A DNA stretch of 8,109 bases from Naegleria gruberi (Eukaryota), in the NCBI GenBank assembly GCA_000004985.1, contig GG739089.1. One strand, given 5' to 3'. The translations under genes and the position numbers were made by a program. The notes below the pieces were generated by a model that saw only the letters and a list, made by a program, of their open reading frames with translations, ran no database searches and had not been told where the DNA came from. The number at the start of each line of letters is the position of its first letter. Position 1 is the stretch's first letter. Positions 7,527 to 8,109 of this stretch are shown piece after piece.

Positions 7527-8108
7527 ATGAAAAAATATTTAAATTTTAATAAACAAGTTTTACTTTCAATTCTCTCTCGACAACAGCAGCAGAAACAACA
7601 ACAACAACGAGTAGATAGCTTTGAATCAAAAATATATAATAGAACAACAAATATTGAAGGATTGAATAGGAGTACAATAGTACAAGAAAGATTTTATAAT
7701 ACAAGCCTCATTAGAATGTCATCATCATCCGATAATAATAATAATTCATCATCACATGATGAGAGTATTGCACCTTCCTCTTCATCATCAGAACAACAAC
7801 AAGTAGATAATAATACAAATTTTGAACAAGTGGGATGGAATCAAACTAAAATTGATAGACCAACACAGGAAGATATTCAAGTCATTGAAAAGATACAATT
7901 GAAGAAGGCTATTACAGTGCCGAATGCTATTGTGAAGAGATGTAAATGGGGATATCCACAAGTGACATTTGCATTCACTAGTAAAAACAAGGCAGAAACT
8001 TCTGAGAATACCTATGTACCAGGAACATTCCTTTGGTTGACATGTCCTAGAGTTAATTTAATTATTGATAAAGTGGAAACATCTGATGAATTTAATGAAA
8101 TAAGAAGA
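7527..8108 (+). CDS. 3'-partial ORF of at least 194 codons running off the right window edge; product is a hypothetical protein. Its N-terminal low-complexity region (QQQQKQQQQ, SSSSDNNNNSSS, SSSSSEQQQ) is followed by a globular-looking segment, …KIQLKKAITVPNAIVKRCKWGYPQVTFAFTSKNKAETSENTYVPGTFLWLTCPRVNLIIDKVETSDEFNEIRR…
   Basis: I translated it codon by codon by hand from ATG 7527-7529 to 8108 and found no stop. An upstream in-frame TAA at 7509-7511 makes this the first ATG. The track omits it because it has no in-window stop. I cannot assign a family from memory. Confidence 0.6.
   Translation, partial: MKKYLNFNKQVLLSILSRQQQQKQQQQRVDSFESKIYNRTTNIEGLNRSTIVQERFYNTSLIRMSSSSDNNNNSSSHDESIAPSSSSSEQQQVDNNTNFEQVGWNQTKIDRPTQEDIQVIEKIQLKKAITVPNAIVKRCKWGYPQVTFAFTSKNKAETSENTYVPGTFLWLTCPRVNLIIDKVETSDEFNEIRR
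7581..7610 (+). repeat. Coding trinucleotide microsatellite (CAA/CAG)n encoding QQQQKQQQQR. The same gene has further runs at 7719..7754 ((TCA)4-GAT-(AAT)4-(TCA)4 = SSSSDNNNNSSSS) and at 7776..7802 (TCC-TCT-(TCA)3-GAA-(CAA)3).
   Basis: Read directly: caacagcagcagaaacaacaacaacaacga; tcatcatcatccgataataataataattcatcatca; tcctcttcatcatcagaacaacaacaa. Confidence 0.85.
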
Positions 8109-8109
8109 A

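Overview
This window looks like an AT-rich (roughly 35-40% GC) eukaryotic draft-scaffold segment interrupted by a 4,611-nt run of N (2176..6786), an assembly gap or masked block. Nothing can be said about the gap's content, and the two very long 'X' ORFs in the supplied track are artefacts of translating N. The eukaryotic call rests on the poly-Q/N/S coding microsatellites, the A-rich 'aaaaATG' start contexts, a roughly 1.07-kb ORF-free convergent intergenic region and GT..AG-like short-intron candidates. Real sequence supports the following features.

- **5'-partial plus-strand ORF (2..199):** runs in from the left edge and ends at TAA. It is about 47% GC, has two hydrophobic segments, and looks like the C-terminal tail of a membrane protein. 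It is absent from the track because it has no in-window start.
- **Convergent intergenic region (~200..1273):** about 1.07 kb with no ORF. It contains a perfect 19-bp tandem duplication (1005..1042) next to a 7-bp hairpin, plus AATAAA-type signals.
- **Minus-strand C-terminal coding region (1274..2134, stop TGA 1274-1276):** clearly coding. It has a (GAA)n acidic run; nearest ATG at 2078-2080.
- **N-terminal 239 codons of a large minus-strand gene (6788..7504, ATG 7502-7504):** continue into the gap.
- **3'-partial plus-strand ORF (7527..8108):** also missing from the track. It starts 22 bp from the divergent minus-strand ATG, opens with a poly-Q/S/N low-complexity region, then becomes globular-looking (…WGYPQVTFAFTS…PGTFLWLTCP…).

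Points worth a second look:

- **Tight head-to-head pair:** the two start codons are 22 bp apart.
- **In-frame TGA at 2135-2137:** it separates the gap-spanning frame from the 286-codon downstream ORF. A 66-nt GT..AG intron candidate, or readthrough, a reassigned TGA or an assembly artefact, could explain it.
- **Gap-split gene:** the N- and C-terminal fragments probably belong to one gene of at least 1.8 kaa.

I could not assign either protein to a known family. I make no claim of a prokaryote-style defence or operon system, because the sequence does not support one.
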